Source: the human T2T-CHM13v2.0 reference genome, Homo sapiens. From it: a DNA stretch of 64,000 nucleotides. The translations under genes and the position numbers were made by a program. Below the pieces are notes generated by a model. That model searched no databases. It worked only from the letters and a program-made list of their open reading frames with translations, and was not told where the DNA came from. This document shows, one piece after another, positions 12,300 through 26,479 of this stretch (the stretch's first letter is position 1; each line of letters opens with the position of its first letter). Location of the stretch: the NCBI RefSeq assembly GCF_009914755.1, contig NC_060935.1. One strand, 5' to 3'.

Positions 12300-13502
12300 T
12301 TTATTTATATATATATTATTATACTTTAAGTTCTAGGGTATATGTGCACAATGTGCAGGTTTGTTACATATTTATACATGTGCCATGTTGGTGTGCTGCA
12401 CCCATTAACTCTTCATTTAAATTAGGTATGTCTCCTAATGCTATCCCTCCCCACTCCCCCCACCCCACAACAGGCCCCGGTGTGTGATGTTCCCCTTCCT
12501 GTGTTCAAGTGTTCTCATTGTTCAATTCCCACCTATGAGTGAGAACATGTGGTGTTTGGTTTTTTGTCCTTGCAATAGTTTGCTGAGAATGATGGTTTCC
12601 AGCTTCATCCATGTTCCTGCAAAGGATATGAACTCATTCGTTTTTATGGCTGCATAGTATTCCATTGTGTATATGTGCCACATTTTCTTAATCCAGTCTA
12701 TTATTGTTGGACATATGGGTTGGTTCCAAGTCTTTGCTATTGTGAATAGTGCCACAATAAACATACGTGTGCATGTGTCTTTATAGCAGCATGATTTATA
12801 TTCCTTTGGGTATATACCCAGTAATGGGATGGCTGGGTCAAATGGTATTTCTAGTTCTAGATCCCTGAGGAATTGCCACACTGTCTTCCACAATGGTTGA
12901 ACTAGTTTACAGTCCCACTGACAGTGTAAAAGTGTTCCTATTTCTCCCCATCCTCTCCAGCATCTGTTGTTTCCTGACTTTTTAATGATTGCCATTCTAA
13001 CTGGTGTGAGATGGTATCTCATTGTGGTTTTGATTTGCATTTCTCTGATGGCCAGTGATGATGAGCATTTTTTCATGTGTCTGTTGGCTGCATAAATGTC
13101 TTCTTTTGAGAAGTGTCTGTTCATTCCCTATTTAACAAATGGTGCTGGGAAAACTGGCTAGCCATATGTAGAAAGCTAAAACTGAATCCCTTCCTTACAC
13201 CTTATACAAAAATTAATTCAAGATGGATTAAAGACTTACATGTTAGACCTAAAACCATAAAAACCCTAGAAGAAAACCTAGACAATACCATTCAGGACAT
13301 AGACATGGGCAAGGACTTCATGTCTAAAACACCAAAAGCAATGGCAACAAAAGCCAAAATTGACAAATGGGATCTAATTAAACTAAAGAGCTTGTGCACA
13401 GCAAAAGAAACTACCATCAGAGTGAACAGGCAACGTACAGAATGGGAGAAAATTTTTGCAATCTACTCATCTGACAAAGGGCTAATATCCAGAATCTACA
13501 AA
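12300..13502 (-). mobile_element. L1PA (about PA4-PA5) with 5' inversion (twin priming)
   Basis: 3' part on minus strand (ORF 12522-13124) is joined at 13123-13124 (AT microhomology) to a plus-strand ORF2 segment 13123-13502; about 60 nt of L1 is missing at the inversion point. Confidence 0.93.
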
Positions 13503-13509
13503 GTGCTCT

Positions 13510-14545
13510 TACAATTCTTTAAGCTGCATCAATTATTTACTTAAAGTCTTCCTACTTTTATGATGTAGGCTTTTATCATAAATTACCCCTTAGTACTGCT
13601 TTATTTTCTATTGCATACGTTTGGTATATAGTGTTTTCTTTTTAACTGTTTCCTTTTGGAAAAACAAATTCTTCTTAACTTCTTCATTGGCCCAATGGTA
13701 ATTCAGAAGCATATTGTTTAATTTTCATATATTTGCATAGTTCCCGAAGTTCCTCTTGTACTGATTTCTAGTTTTATTCTATTGTGGTCAGAAAAATGTA
13801 TGTGATATTATTTCAATTGTTTTTAATTTTTTGAGACTTCTGAATTTTTTGTGGCCTACTAAATGGTCTATAAGGAACTCAAACAACTTTTTATCAAGTA
13901 ATCATAAGAATAATCACATTTGAAAATGGGCAAAAGCTCTGTATAGATGTCTCTCAAAAGAAGATATACGAATGACAAACAGTTATATGAAAAAAATTAC
14001 TCAACATCACTAATCATCAGAGAAATGCAAACCAAAACTGTGATAAGATATTCCTTCACTCCAGTTAAAATGCCTTTTATCAAAAAGTCATGCAATAATG
14101 TGTGCTGGTGAGGATCTGGAGAAAGGAGAACCCTCATACTCTTTTGGTAGGAATGTAAATTAGTACAGCTACTATAGAAAACAGTATAGAGCTTCCTCAA
14201 AAAAACACAAGTAGAACTACCATATGATTCAGCAATTTCACTGCTGGGTACATACCCAAAAGAAAATATATTTGTATGTCAAAGAGCTATCTGCACTCCC
14301 ATGTTTATTGCAGCACTAGTCACAATAGCCAAGAGATGGAATCAACCTAAGTGTTCATAAGCAGATGAATGAAGAAAATGTAGTACATATACACTACAAA
14401 ATATTATTCAGCCATAAAAAGAATGAAATCCTGTCATTTGCAGCAACATGGAGGTAACTGGAGGACATCATGTTAAGTGAAATGAGCCAAGCACAGAAAG
14501 TCAAACATCAATGGTCTCATATGTTGGAGCTAAAAAAAATAAACA
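13510..14545. mobile_element. L1MA-type element with internal inversion (minus 13510-13870, plus 13871-14545)
   Basis: Minus-strand ORF2 'ttagtactgc...tttctagttttattctattgtggtcagaaaa' abuts plus-strand 'taaggaactcaaacaac...gacatcatgttaagtgaaatgagccaagcacagaaag'. Confidence 0.7.
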
Positions 14546-14556
14546 CATAAAAGAAA

Positions 14557-14648
14557 ATATATATATATTGATATATATATGTCATATATATATGACATAT
14601 ATATGTCATATATATATGATATATATATATATATATGTCATATATATG
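14557..14648. repeat. TA-rich microsatellite with palindromic (TA)nTGTCA/TGACA units
   Basis: 'atatatatgtcatatatatatgacatatatatgtcat...'. Confidence 0.9.
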
Positions 14649-15008
14649 ATGGAACACTACTCAGCCAAAAAAAGGAATTAGTTAATGGCATTCACAGCAA
14701 CCTGGGTGAGATTGGAGACTATTATTCTAAGTGAAGTAACGCAGGAATGGAAAACCAAACATCATTATATTCTCACTCATAAGTGGGAGCTAAGCTATGA
14801 GGATGCAAAGGCATAAGAATTACACAATGGACTTTGGGGACTAATGGGGAAAAGGGTGGGAAGGGAGTGAGGGATAAAAGACTACAAATAGGGAGTGTAT
14901 ACTGCTGGGGTGATGGGTGCATCAAAATCTCAAAAAAATCACCACTAAAGAACTTACTCATGTAACCAAACACCACCTGTTCCACAATAACCTATGGGGG
15001 AAAAAAAG
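14648..15008 (+). mobile_element. L1PB1-like 3' end
   Basis: 'gggagctaagctatgaggatgcaaaggcataagaat..caatggactttggggact...gaacttactcatgtaaccaaacaccacctgttcc' followed by an A tail. Confidence 0.85.
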
Positions 15009-15152
15009 AATATATAAATGTGTCTGGAAGGATATATACCACATGAGCAGTCATTATCTCTGAGAACAAAGGGGCAGGGAACCCTACTTGAGTGAGTAAC
15101 TAAAGCTAGCCCTACTTACAATTTTAAGATTTTGTTACAAAGAGAAAATATA

Positions 15153-15647
15153 CAGTTGATCCTCAAACTATACACGAGTCAGGAGCACCAACCCTCTAAG
15201 CAGTTGAAAATCCACGTATAACATTTGACTCCCCAGAAACTTAACTACTGATAGCCTATTGTTCACTGGAAGCCTTACTGATGCTAACACAGTCAATTAA
15301 CACATATTTTGCATATGTTTTATATACTGTATTCTTGCAATAACATAAGCTAGAGAAAATAAACAGTATTAAAAATCTTAAGAAAGAGAATATGTATGTA
15401 TTATTCATTAAATAGAAGTGGATCATTTTAAAGGTCTTTATTCTTGTCTTCATGTTGAGTAGGCTAAGAGGGAATAGGAAGAGGAAGATGTGGTCTTTCT
15501 GTCTTAGGGGTGGCAGAGGTAGAAGAGGTGGAGTAGATAGAAGAGGGGGCAGGAGAGACAGGCACACTGGGTGTAATTTTTGTTTTAAAAAATCCATGTA
15601 AAACCAGACCTCCAGAGTTCAAACCCATGTTGTTCAAAGGACAACTG
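15153..15647. mobile_element. Tigger2-family non-autonomous DNA transposon
   Basis: TIRs CAGTTGATCCTCAAAC...GTTCAAAGGACAACTG, flanked by TA at both ends. Confidence 0.85.
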
Positions 15648-17159
15648 TACATGCATTATATTTGTAATTAAAAACAATCCAAAACCTGACTAAAAATAAT
15701 GAAAATCAAAAGTAATTCCTTCAAGTATTTCAGCAATTAAAAAAGAAAATAGCTGCAATCAGCCTAGTATAAAAACAAGAACCAAGAAATGTGTAAAACC
15801 CAGAAGGTAAAGGATGAGAAACAATTTCAAAATATGCATTTAGAGTTCTAGATTTCTAAAATTCAAAGAAGCTAAGAGAGCCCCACCCTCGTCCTTTATA
15901 AATAAGTGAGGCTCCAAGATGTCTCACCCAAGACTACAGAAATGGTGGCAAATACAAAATCACTTTCCACCATGCAGTGCTGAAGACTGGATATGACTGA
16001 AGCTACAGTGAATATTGTACAACAACAATTGTAAAGTATTCATGACCTACCAGACTGCGCCTCAAGTTCTTCACAAATGACCATATATTTGATTTCCACC
16101 CAAGCTGGGATAAGAAATATTTGGCCCTCCTCATTTCATAGAGCAGGAAATCAAAACTCTGTGGAAGATGATGAAGCAGTCCTAGCACTGCTACTTCCTT
16201 AGGGTGCTGAGATTAAGATATTGCCATGTCTGAATTTACAGCCTCCATTATTACTTTACCACTGTGGCATTCCATCGGGACATTACAAAAATAATGGGAG
16301 ATCTTTCAATGTCCCAATCCAATCCTGTATGCTGTTTCTGAAGTATAGAATCCATCAATTCAAATGCACATTTAACAGTAAAGAGGCTACTACAAAGAAA
16401 GCAATGAGATTCCAGATAAATTTTGTGTAGGGCCCAAGTTAGCTTAAATACAGCAGCTCTCAAACACCTGCAAATTAAGCTCTTATTTATAGTCATCTCA
16501 TTACCTTTCACACCTCATGCCTTCATGGTGATGCAGTGTTCCATACTGATGACACCACTCCCAGAATGGGTGCGGAACCTCTCTCCTGTTCAGGGCACAT
16601 TCATCTATAAATGTGGACTAAGGAAAAGAATAAAGTTATTTGGACTTGAAGACAAATTTAACTTGATCATAGCCCCTTTGTGCATCTTACAAGATTTCAC
16701 ATTATTGTTGCTAGATTTTAATGCAGTATTCTAACCAGTTAATATCTGACATTGGATATTCCTCCATGTCACATTTTAAAGGTCAATCATTTTCATTTTC
16801 CTGTAAATACATTTCATTCATTTTTGTATTCTCAAAGAGTAAACAGAGAGACAGAAATGGATTTTAAAATTGACCTAAACTTACATTCTAATGAAATCTT
16901 TTCTTCTTTGAAGATGACAAAAAGGATTAAAATTTAAATGGAGTAGAAACTGTACTCCTTTTAAATATGCATTCTATCTCCCTCCTCAACCTGTGACTGC
17001 ACAAAGAAGAGGTCAGACTTTCTGGGAGTTACTTGATTTTGTTCTTAATCTTCTTCCCAATAAACTAGTAAAATTCCACTCTGGAATAAATTCAGCATCT
17101 TAATCACTTGTATTAAAATTTGCAGGAGCAGTTATATCATTTTTCATTCTGGAAGAACT

Positions 17160-17265
17160 TATGTCCCCAAAGTATGCTATACCCTGGGGATTTCATCGTT
17201 AAGAGAAGTAAATTAAGATATTCTTGCTGTCTTCAAATGCTGTTTCAAAATCCACTGGGATCAGC
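17160..17265 (-). promoter_or_regulatory. Candidate OR promoter (O/E-like and homeodomain-like sites) for the first OR pseudogene
   Basis: 'gtccccaaag' (also at 43048), 'accctgggga', 'ccactgggat' and 'aaattaa' cluster in unique DNA about 7 kb upstream of the ATG. Confidence 0.35.
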
Positions 17266-18137
17266 TTATTTGTTTTCTGTGTTTGACTGGTAAACTTTTT
17301 CCCCCACTTCTTTCCTAAACAGTTAAATACTTACAGAGTAAAACTTTTGCACAATGATGTAACAACTGCTAAGATTTCCCAACAAGAAGTACTGCAAAAT
17401 TTTTGCAACTGCTCAGCCAAAGTATACTACACTAGAGGATTAGCCACAAGTATACCTTAGACCCCCACTTCCCAAATGCCCTGCTTCTAAAAACTCTGAA
17501 ACCAAAAGAAACGAATGCAGACAGAAACATTTACATAAGGTGTAATGTCGTAATGTTGAGGAAGAAGTCAAATCAAGTATAATTTCAGTCATTTTCAAAC
17601 TTTGCCTTCAGAAATCTTTATCAATTCATTCATGACTGCTTAATCACCTCACCCTTTTTAGATACCAATGTCTTTGGGAAAATGTTCTCTCAACTTAGGT
17701 ATTCTCTTTCTTTTATTTATTTATTTTTCACTCACATGATGTATGCTGAAACTTAATCATCATCACAACACATGTGCACTGTAAGTCACTACTGGCTCTT
17801 CATCCTCATCTCCTCTTCTCTTGCTTCAGTAGAAAAAAAAAAACACACAAACACACACACGTAAACACATTTTTTTCTTATTTTTAAATAACTTGCACAT
17901 TAGGTTCTTTTCCAAATACAGTATCCTGCCCTTTCTCTGATTATGACGCATTATTTCACAGCTGTATATAATTTGTTTTTTCTTTCCTTATCCTTGAATG
18001 AGAATAGAGGATTAATCAATCCATAGGGTATTCACCTAGTGGAATTTGATAGCAGTAGAGAGAACTCTTACCCATCACATTAAATGCTCACAACCTGAAC
18101 TTCTAAACCTCTGGATTATACGGCATTGTTTTTTACA

Positions 18138-19470
18138 TTTTATTTTATTTTAATTTCAACTTTTATTTTAGATACAAGGTGTACATGTGCAGGTGTGTTA
18201 CATGAGAATATCGCCTGATACTGAGGTTTGGGGTATGGATCTGGTCACCCAGGTCATGAACATAATACCCAATAGGTAGTTTTTCAACCCATGCTCCCAG
18301 ACCTCCCTGACCCATTTATCAGTCCACAGTGTCTATTGTTCCCGTATTGATGTCCATGTGTGCTCAATATTTAGCTCCCGCTTACACAGGAGACCATGTG
18401 CTATTTGGCTTTCTATTCTTACATTAATTTGCTTAGGATAATGGCCTCCAGCTCCATTCATGTTGCCACAAAGAACATAATTTCATTTTTTATGGTTGTG
18501 TAGTACTCCATGGTGTATATGTGCCACATTTTCTCTATCCAACTTACCACTGATGGGTACCTAGATTGATTCCATGTCTTTGTTCTTGTGAATTTTGTTT
18601 CAATGAATATATGAATGTGTGTGACTTTTTGGTAGAATGATTTATTTTCCTTTGGGTATATACCCAGTAATGGGATTGCTAAAAGTCACAAGGTAACTCT
18701 GTTTTAAGTTCTTTGAGAAATTTTCATACTGCTTTCCATGGTAGCTGAACTTACATTCCCACCAATAGTGTAGCAGTGTTCCCTTTTCTACACAGCCTTG
18801 TCATCATCTGTTGTTTTTGATTTCTCTTTTTTTTTTTTTTTTTTTTTTTTCACTCTATCTCCCAGGCTGGAATACTGTGGCTTGAACACACAGCTCACTG
18901 CAGCTTCAACCTCCCAGGCTCAAGTGATCCTCACGCCTCTGCTTCCCAAGAAACTGAGACTACAGACAGGGACAGGTGCCACCATACCTGGCTAATTTTC
19001 GGATGTTTTTTGTAGAGATAAGGTTTCACCATGTTGCTCAGGCTCATCTTGAAACTCCTGAGCTTAAGCGACCCACCCACGTTGGCCTCCCACAGTGCTG
19101 GGATTATAGGCATGAGTCATCATGTCAGGCCTAACTTTTTAATAATAATTATTCTAATTGGTGTGAGATGGTATCTCATTGTGGTTTTGATTTGCATTAC
19201 TCTGATGAAAAATACTGAGCATTTTTTCATATGTTTGTTGGCTGCTTGTAAGTCTTCTTTTGAGAAAGTGTCTGTCATGTCCTTTGTTCACTTTTTAATG
19301 GGGCTATTTGTTTTTCACTTGTTGATTTAAGTTCCATATGGATTATGGATATTAGGTTTTTGTCAGATGCATAGTTTGCAAATATCTTCTCCCATCCTGT
19401 AAATTGTTGTTTACTACTCTGTCAGTAGTTTCTTTTGCTGTGCAGATGTTCTTTAGTTAAATCAGGTCCT
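18138..19470 (-). mobile_element. L1PA15/16-age 3' fragment, interrupted by AluJ
   Basis: 'tttcaacttttattttagatacaagg.gtacatgtgcagg...gaggtttggggtatggatc' 3'UTR plus the end of ORF2. Confidence 0.85.
18826..19131 (-). mobile_element. AluJ
   Basis: T-tail at 18826-18850; J-type 'cagctcactgcagcttcaacctcccaggctcaagtgatcctc' and 'ctcctgagcttaagcga'. Confidence 0.9.
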
Positions 19471-19575
19471 CTGGTACATCGTGAAGGTTCAATTAATGAT
19501 AATTATTAATGGAATCATTCAACAAATGGAACTGGGTTAACTGATCATCAAAGAAGGCACTTTAAGAATGCTTTG

Positions 19576-19875
<300 letters not shown>

Positions 19876-20956
19876 AAGAATGCTTTGATCTGCAAGTAAC
19901 ATTTAGATAGAATAAATTTACAATTTAATCTAACTCCTAAGGTACGCTAAATAGTAAACTCTTAAGAATCTATTTTAAAATTATTAAAGAAAATTTAACT
20001 GAGCATGGAATACTTTCATAAGCAAAGAAATATTGGGCAATATGTCAGATTTCTTGAATTGCAAGCAGCATAAATAGGAAATTCATTGCAAGAATACTGG
20101 GTAGCTCACAGGATGAATGGGAAGGTGAGAGAAACAGTATAAACAGAATAAGAGCCAAGACAGCTTTTAGTGTCCCTATGGCAGAGGCTGTACAATCAGG
20201 AGACCTAGCTGAAATGAATGAGTCTCAACCATTTTCCTACTGTGTCACTTGGCTTACAATTCAAAGGCCAGGGAGAAATAATTTTAGCTTAGGTATTTGT
20301 CTATACCATGCTGTGGGAAGTCAAGGACATCTCAGTCCCTCTAAAACTGTATTCTGTAAGTGAGAGATAATTCTCTAAAGGTAAATCCGGGTACCATTGT
20401 AAACATAGAGAACATGGATATCTACAACCAAGAAACAAGTACATATTATAGGGAAAAAATTGCGAAATATAATGCTTTACCAGAAAGTCAAATAGAAATC
20501 ATATCATTAGAACTGCCATATATAGTGATAAATGGAATCATAAAGAAAAAAATCATAAAGAAAAATGTCACTTTTTTCTCTTTAAAAATTACCATTTTTG
20601 ATTATCTTTTGCATGCCAAACTCAATGTTAAGTCATACATATCTTTTAAGTGTGTGTTTATGTATACATATTCAATCTGATGCATTTTTCCATTCTGTGG
20701 GTAGGTCATTCCTACAGGAAAATTTGGCCAGAGCTGTTTTTGAACCAATGCCTGTCCAACTTTAATGTCCATTAAACAAATAATTTAGTATTGGCCACAT
20801 ATTTACCTTTCAATCAACAAATATACATTGAACTCTTACTATATACCAGATTGTAGAATCTCAAAACAAAGCAGTAAACACAAAATATCACTCAGTCCAG
20901 TGTCTTGCCTCTATTAAGTATCACTTCTCAATCTGCAGTATAATTGGTATTCTAGT

Positions 20957-21895
20957 TCACCTACCTATAAGAAACTTCTTTCTTTCAAACTTCTTGCTGA
21001 ATGAATCTTTTACCTCCTTGTTTCTCAGGCTGTAGATAAGGGGATTCAACATGGGGATCACTGCTGTGTAGAACAGGGAAACCACTTTATTGATGTTGAT
21101 AGAGAAACTAGAGCTTGGACATACACAGATAAAGAAGAGTGTCCCATACAGGATGGAGACAGCCATCAGGTGTGAAGAGCAAGTGGAGAAGTCTTTGCGT
21201 CTCGCGTCAGCAGAGCGAATTCTCAGGATGGCAATGACAATGTAAATGTAGGAGACCAAGATGATCACACCACTGAGTACTCCCAGGGCACCCACCAAGA
21301 TAAAAAGTAAACATTTATTAATATGGGTATCTGCATATGCCAGGGAGAGGACAGGGAGAAGGTCACAGAAGAAGTGATTGATGATGTTTGGACCACAGTA
21401 GAGTAGGCGAAAGGTGAAAGTCATATGGGTCATGGTGCTTATAAGGCCCACAGCATAAGGCCCACCACCAGCTGCACACAGACCTGTTGGGACATAATGA
21501 GTGTATACAACAAAGGCTTATAGATAGCCTATACCGGTCATATGCCATGGCAGCCAGAAGGAAACATTCAGTTACTACAAAATGGCCAAAAAACCATAAC
21601 TGGGCAACACAACCAAAGAGATTACTTTTTTCTCCACGAAGATATCAGTCAACATCTTGGGACCGATGGCAGAAGAGGAGCAGACATCCACAAAGGACAA
21701 GTGGCAGAGAGAAAAGTACATGGGGGTCTGGAGTCGAGAATCCATCCAAATAAGAGTGATCATTCCCAAGTTTCCCGGAACAGTGACAAGATAAACAAAG
21801 AGAAATACCAGAAAGAGAGCAATCTTGTGCTGAAAGAGATTTGTTAATCCCACGGAAAAAAATTCAGTAACCAAAGTTTGATTTCTATAGTCCAT
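20957..21895 (-). pseudogene. OR5G5P: Olfactory receptor family 5 pseudogene (probably OR5G5P)
   Basis: MDYRNQT..., [45 protein letters not shown]; three frameshifts near 21615, 21530 and 21460; acceptor 'tttctctttcttgtaacag' 14 nt before the ATG; close paralogue of the 38.7-39.7 kb gene; symbol inferred from order. Confidence 0.88.
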
Positions 21896-22336
21896 TTCTC
21901 TGATTCAACCTGTTACAAGAAAGAGAAATAATTTTATATGCAATAAATTCATAATTAAGTGCTTCTTAATTTCACATCTGAATTTAACTTTTATTTAAGT
22001 TAAGTAGTACAACAGTCTTAAATTCTACTCCTGGTGTCCTACTTACTCTCTGTGAACCATTTCGGTGATACTGAACTATTTACGGAATCTCACTAGGTTC
22101 CTCAGTTTCCTTCTGATCAAAAGAGGATTTTCTTACAGAATTAGAACTTTAGACCTAGAAGTAAACTCTGGAGACTACTTAATGTAATCTTCTAACTGTG
22201 TCAGGTTACCTTTCTAAAAACATCTGCCTTCTAACCAAGGATATTTTAAGAAACACATCATAGAAAAAGGAATTATGAAAGCAATGAATTCAGGCTGATA
22301 CCTGTCATCACACCAGATTAAGAGTAAATAGATATT

Positions 22337-22476
22337 GGCCCAGCACAGTAGCTCATACCTGTAGTCCCAGCACTTTGGGAAGCTGAGATGGGTGGATCCC
22401 CTAAGGTCAGGAGGTCAAGACCAGCCTGGCTAACAAGGAGAAACCCCATCTCTACTAAAAATACAAAAAGAATTAG
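22337..22476 (+). mobile_element. Alu left arm only (AluS-like)
   Basis: 'ggcccagcacagtagctcatacctgtagtcccagcactttggg...tctactaaaaatacaaaaagaattag', then the match ends. Confidence 0.85.
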
Positions 22477-22805
22477 ATAATGTAATGCCCTTTCCAATTC
22501 ACTTCCAATTCTATAGCAACAGTTAATCAAATTGTCTAAAATAATGGAGGGAAGGCTGAAACAAGAGAACCTGTCTTTGGAACAGGACTCAAACAACTCA
22601 ACAATATCTTCTCTGGGATGCCTTCTCAGATCCTCCTGTATTCCTTCATATCATTGGTGTATATACCCATTAACACATTCACTCTTCATCGAATTTTGTC
22701 CGTCAAAGAAGAGACTAGTTCTTCAATATTGAGGAGGTACCATGATCCAATCAGTGTTATCAGTTTCTTGGAAAAGAAAGACAAAGAATTTAAGAAAGAA
22801 AGAGG

Positions 22806-23468
22806 GAACTCCTGGGCATTTATCCCAGAGAAAGGAAAACATGTCCATATAAAAACCTGTACAAGAGTATTCATAACATCTTTATTTATAATAGCCAAAA
22901 ATTTGAAAAAAAAATCCTACAATAAGTGACTGGTTAAACAAACTGTGGTACAACCATACCATAGAATACTACTCAGTGATAAAGAGGAACAAACTATGAT
23001 TCAGGCAACAACTTAGATAGATCTCAGGGACATTACACAGAATTGAGGAAAGTCCGTCTCAAAAGGTACAATACTCTATGATTTCACTCATTTAACATTC
23101 TCAGGATGGCAAAATTATAGAGATGGAGAGCAAGTTAGTGGTTGCCAGAAATTAGGGATGGTTAAAAAAAGGGTGGTGGTGTGATTATAAAGAGTAGCAC
23201 AATAGAGATATTTGTGGTGATTAGATAGTTGTGTATTCTGATTCTGGTTGTGGTTAAACAAATCTATACATAACATAAAATGATATGGAATTCTATGCAT
23301 GCATCATACAATGATACTATAATTGATATCAGTTTCCTGGTTTACATTATTGTACTATAGATACATAATATATAACTTTGGAAAAACTGGAAGAAGAGTA
23401 CACGGGACCTCTTTGTGCTATCTGTGTACCTCTTGGTAATCTATACTTCTTTTAAAATATAAATTTAG
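22806..23468 (+). mobile_element. L1MC-type 3' end
   Basis: 'ctcctgggcatttatcccagagaaa...aaactgtggtacaaccatacc...gttagtggttgccag...gggacctctttgtg'. Confidence 0.75.
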
Positions 23469-24719
23469 AACAAAATTACAATGAAAGAGAAGGGAGAAGA
23501 AGGGGGAATGAGGATGAAGGGGAAAAAGGAAAACTGAGAAAGTCAGGCATACAATTTTTATCTTGAAATATTCATAATGATTCCAACAGAGGAGAAGTAA
23601 TGAAAGAAGGTCTAACAACATTCTCCTCTGATCTAAAAGTTTCAAAAGGATTTTGGTTACCTGAAAATTCATGTAATGAAAAGCCACTGGCTTTTTATGG
23701 TCTCAGAGGCAAAGGAGTTTGAAAAAGAAAAGGCCTGAAGAGATGTAAATTTAAGATTAATAAGGAAAATCTATTACTTTAGTAGTAAAATGTTTCAAGA
23801 ATTCTACTTTTTCTAAACATAGACACTAGCCCCAGGTTATTTATATTTTCATTACTTATCATGCAAAAGAATGGAAATAGAATTTTAAGTGTCAAAATAA
23901 ATTTAGGTTATGGAAAAATTTTAGGAAACTGGAACTGGAATATACACATTGATGGCCTCAGATAATTGCCTCTGTAAATGAAGCTAATGAAGCACATACA
24001 CCATTAATAATTGTTACTTTTTTTTAAACTTGGTATTAAACCTGAAATCTTGTGCAAAACAATAGTTGCTGCAGAAAAGGCTATTAAGCTTTATTTTTCC
24101 CAGTCTTATACAAGCCAAAGATTGTAATAGAGAAAATTGCAATACTATACATGATTGTGATTTGGGGCCTGAGCAAAATGATAATTCAACTCAGCTGATC
24201 CAGAAGTTTCTCTTCTACTTATAATACACATTCTAGGTAAAGTGAAGTAATTACAAGCCAGAAAAGCCAAGGTTTCTTAATTCTAATATTCAATGAACCC
24301 ATAAACCTTCCAGCAAATTTCACTGTCTCTATGCCAAACACAAAATTCAACTGACTTCAGTTGGGCCATTCAGTACATTTAAGTTGGGCCAATGAAACCA
24401 AAAGACACAAATATTCTATTTTTACCAAACCATCCTTCAGGGTGCTCTTAGAGATCACGTTTTTCCAGGCTTCTAAGCTTATTTTTTGCATACATGGCTT
24501 CCTGAATATAATTTGGGTGATCATTTAACTCCCCCATCTGAAGAAACCCTAGACTCTGTGTGCCTATGTCAAAGTGAATCACAAAACCCATAGTTTCTAA
24601 TATTAAAATAAGTTACCCTACAAATGTAGACTTGTCCTCCTTCTCAGATTCTTCAGGTGTCCAAGAAGAGAAATAATATAGTGATACCATCTTGAAAACT
24701 GAACCTTCGAATAGCACTG

Positions 24720-24860
24720 TTAAAAAAGAGTTCATTGACCCAATTCTGCACAGGACACAGGAGAGATTTCTCTAAAGAGTTTTTCAGTAAATTGGCACCA
24801 ACTACCCCAAGGAATCGGAAGCTCAGGGGATCAGGTCCATAGGGAGGATATTAACGTTAT
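24720..24860 (-). promoter_or_regulatory. Candidate promoter/first exon of the 21 kb OR (three O/E-like sites)
   Basis: CCCCAAGGAA, GCTCAGGGGA, TCCATAGGGA plus ATTAA; aligns with 42955-43100; minus-strand donor-like AGG/GTAACT near 24611-24619. Confidence 0.55.
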
Positions 24861-25575
24861 TTTCTAAGAAAATAATCTTAGGAGTTTTAAGTAAAGTGAA
24901 ATTGCACAAAGTATAACTATATCTCTTTCTCTCTCTCTTTGAGTCTGCCCCAAAGAGAAATTCTAGTTGTCAGCCTGCAACTGCTGCCTGAGGAACACCA
25001 GCCCTTGGCACTATGCAGATGTGAGAATTCTAAAAAGAGAGTCCTGCTTCAGAGATTATAGTCAAAAGTGGGGTCTGGGTGCACAGCAGCTCTGGGAATG
25101 CTGTGATTGGTGCAGGAGTTCTAGGCAGGTGACATCTCTGTAACCAGAAGGGTTTGCACATAGTCTCATGGGGGTGATGAATCTCAAAAGGAGGCTAAGA
25201 TATAGGTAAATAAAAGGAAAGTGGACTGAAGGTTTCTATGCAGCAATGAACAGCTATAAATTTGGACAGCATCTCTGCGAGACAAAGAGAGTCCACATCC
25301 ACTGTATAAAAAATTTCAAATGTTAAGTCTGAAAACATATATTTGGCCTTAAACTTCATATAGATTTTAACATTAGGCATAGGAGTTTGAATTTTTTTTC
25401 TGTAAATAATGAGGAGTCTATCAAGGTATTTCAGAAAACAGATGAAATTTATTTACACAATAGATGCCACAGGACATTAATCTTATTGTTGTTTACTGAT
25501 GTGTCACATTCTTCTAAGTGGTTTGAAAGAACTAACTCAATCAAATGGCAAAGGAACCCAAAAAAGAGGATGAAT

Positions 25576-26410
25576 AGGATATGAACAGACACTTCTCAAA
25601 AGAAGACATTTATGCAGCCAAAAAACACATGAAAAAATGCTCATCATCACTGGCCATCAGAGAAATGCAAATTAAAACCACAATGAGATACCGTCTCACA
25701 CCAGTTAGAATGGCAATCATTAAAAAGTCGGGAAACAACAGGTGCTGGAGAGGATGTGGAGAAATAGGAACACTTTTACACTGTTGGTGGGACTGTAAAC
25801 TAGTTCAACCATTGTGGAAGTCGGTGTGGCCATTCCTCAGGGATCTAGAACTAGAAATACCATTTGACCCAGCCATCCCATTACTGGGTATATACCCAAA
25901 GGAATATAAATCATGCTGCTATAAAGACACATGCACACGTATGTTTATTGCAGCACTATTCACAACAGCAAAGACTTGGAACCAACCCAAATGTCCAACA
26001 ATGATAGACTGGATTAAGAAAATGTGGCACATATACACCATGGAATACTATGCAGCCATAAAAAATGATGAGTTCATGTCCTTTGTAGGAACATGGATGA
26101 AGCTGGAAACCATCATTCTCAGCAAACTATCGCCAGGACAAAAAAAACCAAACACCACATGTTCTCACTCATAGGTGGGAATTGAACAATGAGAACACAT
26201 GGACACAGGAAGGGGAACATCACACACTGGGGCCTGTTGTGGGATGGGGGAAGTGGTGAGGGATAGCATTAGGAGATATACCTAACGCTAAATGACGAGT
26301 TAATGGGTGCAGCACACCAACATGGCACATGTATACATATGTAACAAACCTGCACGTTTGCACATGTACCCTAAAACTTAAAGTATAATAATAAGAAGAA
26401 GAAAAGAAAA
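25576..26410 (+). mobile_element. 5'-truncated L1PA (about PA3-PA4)
   Basis: ORF2 C-terminal peptide 25581-26174, 3'UTR and A-rich tail. Confidence 0.95.
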
Positions 26411-26479
26411 GCCTAGGATGTCCTATCTTTCCCCCACTCACCCAGTCCACTTTGCCCTCTTGAAACCAGCAAACCAAGA

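Noticed and set aside
12522-13544. Divergent 200-aa and 143-aa ORF pair
   Set aside because: Both are L1 ORF2 pieces from one 5'-inverted insertion.
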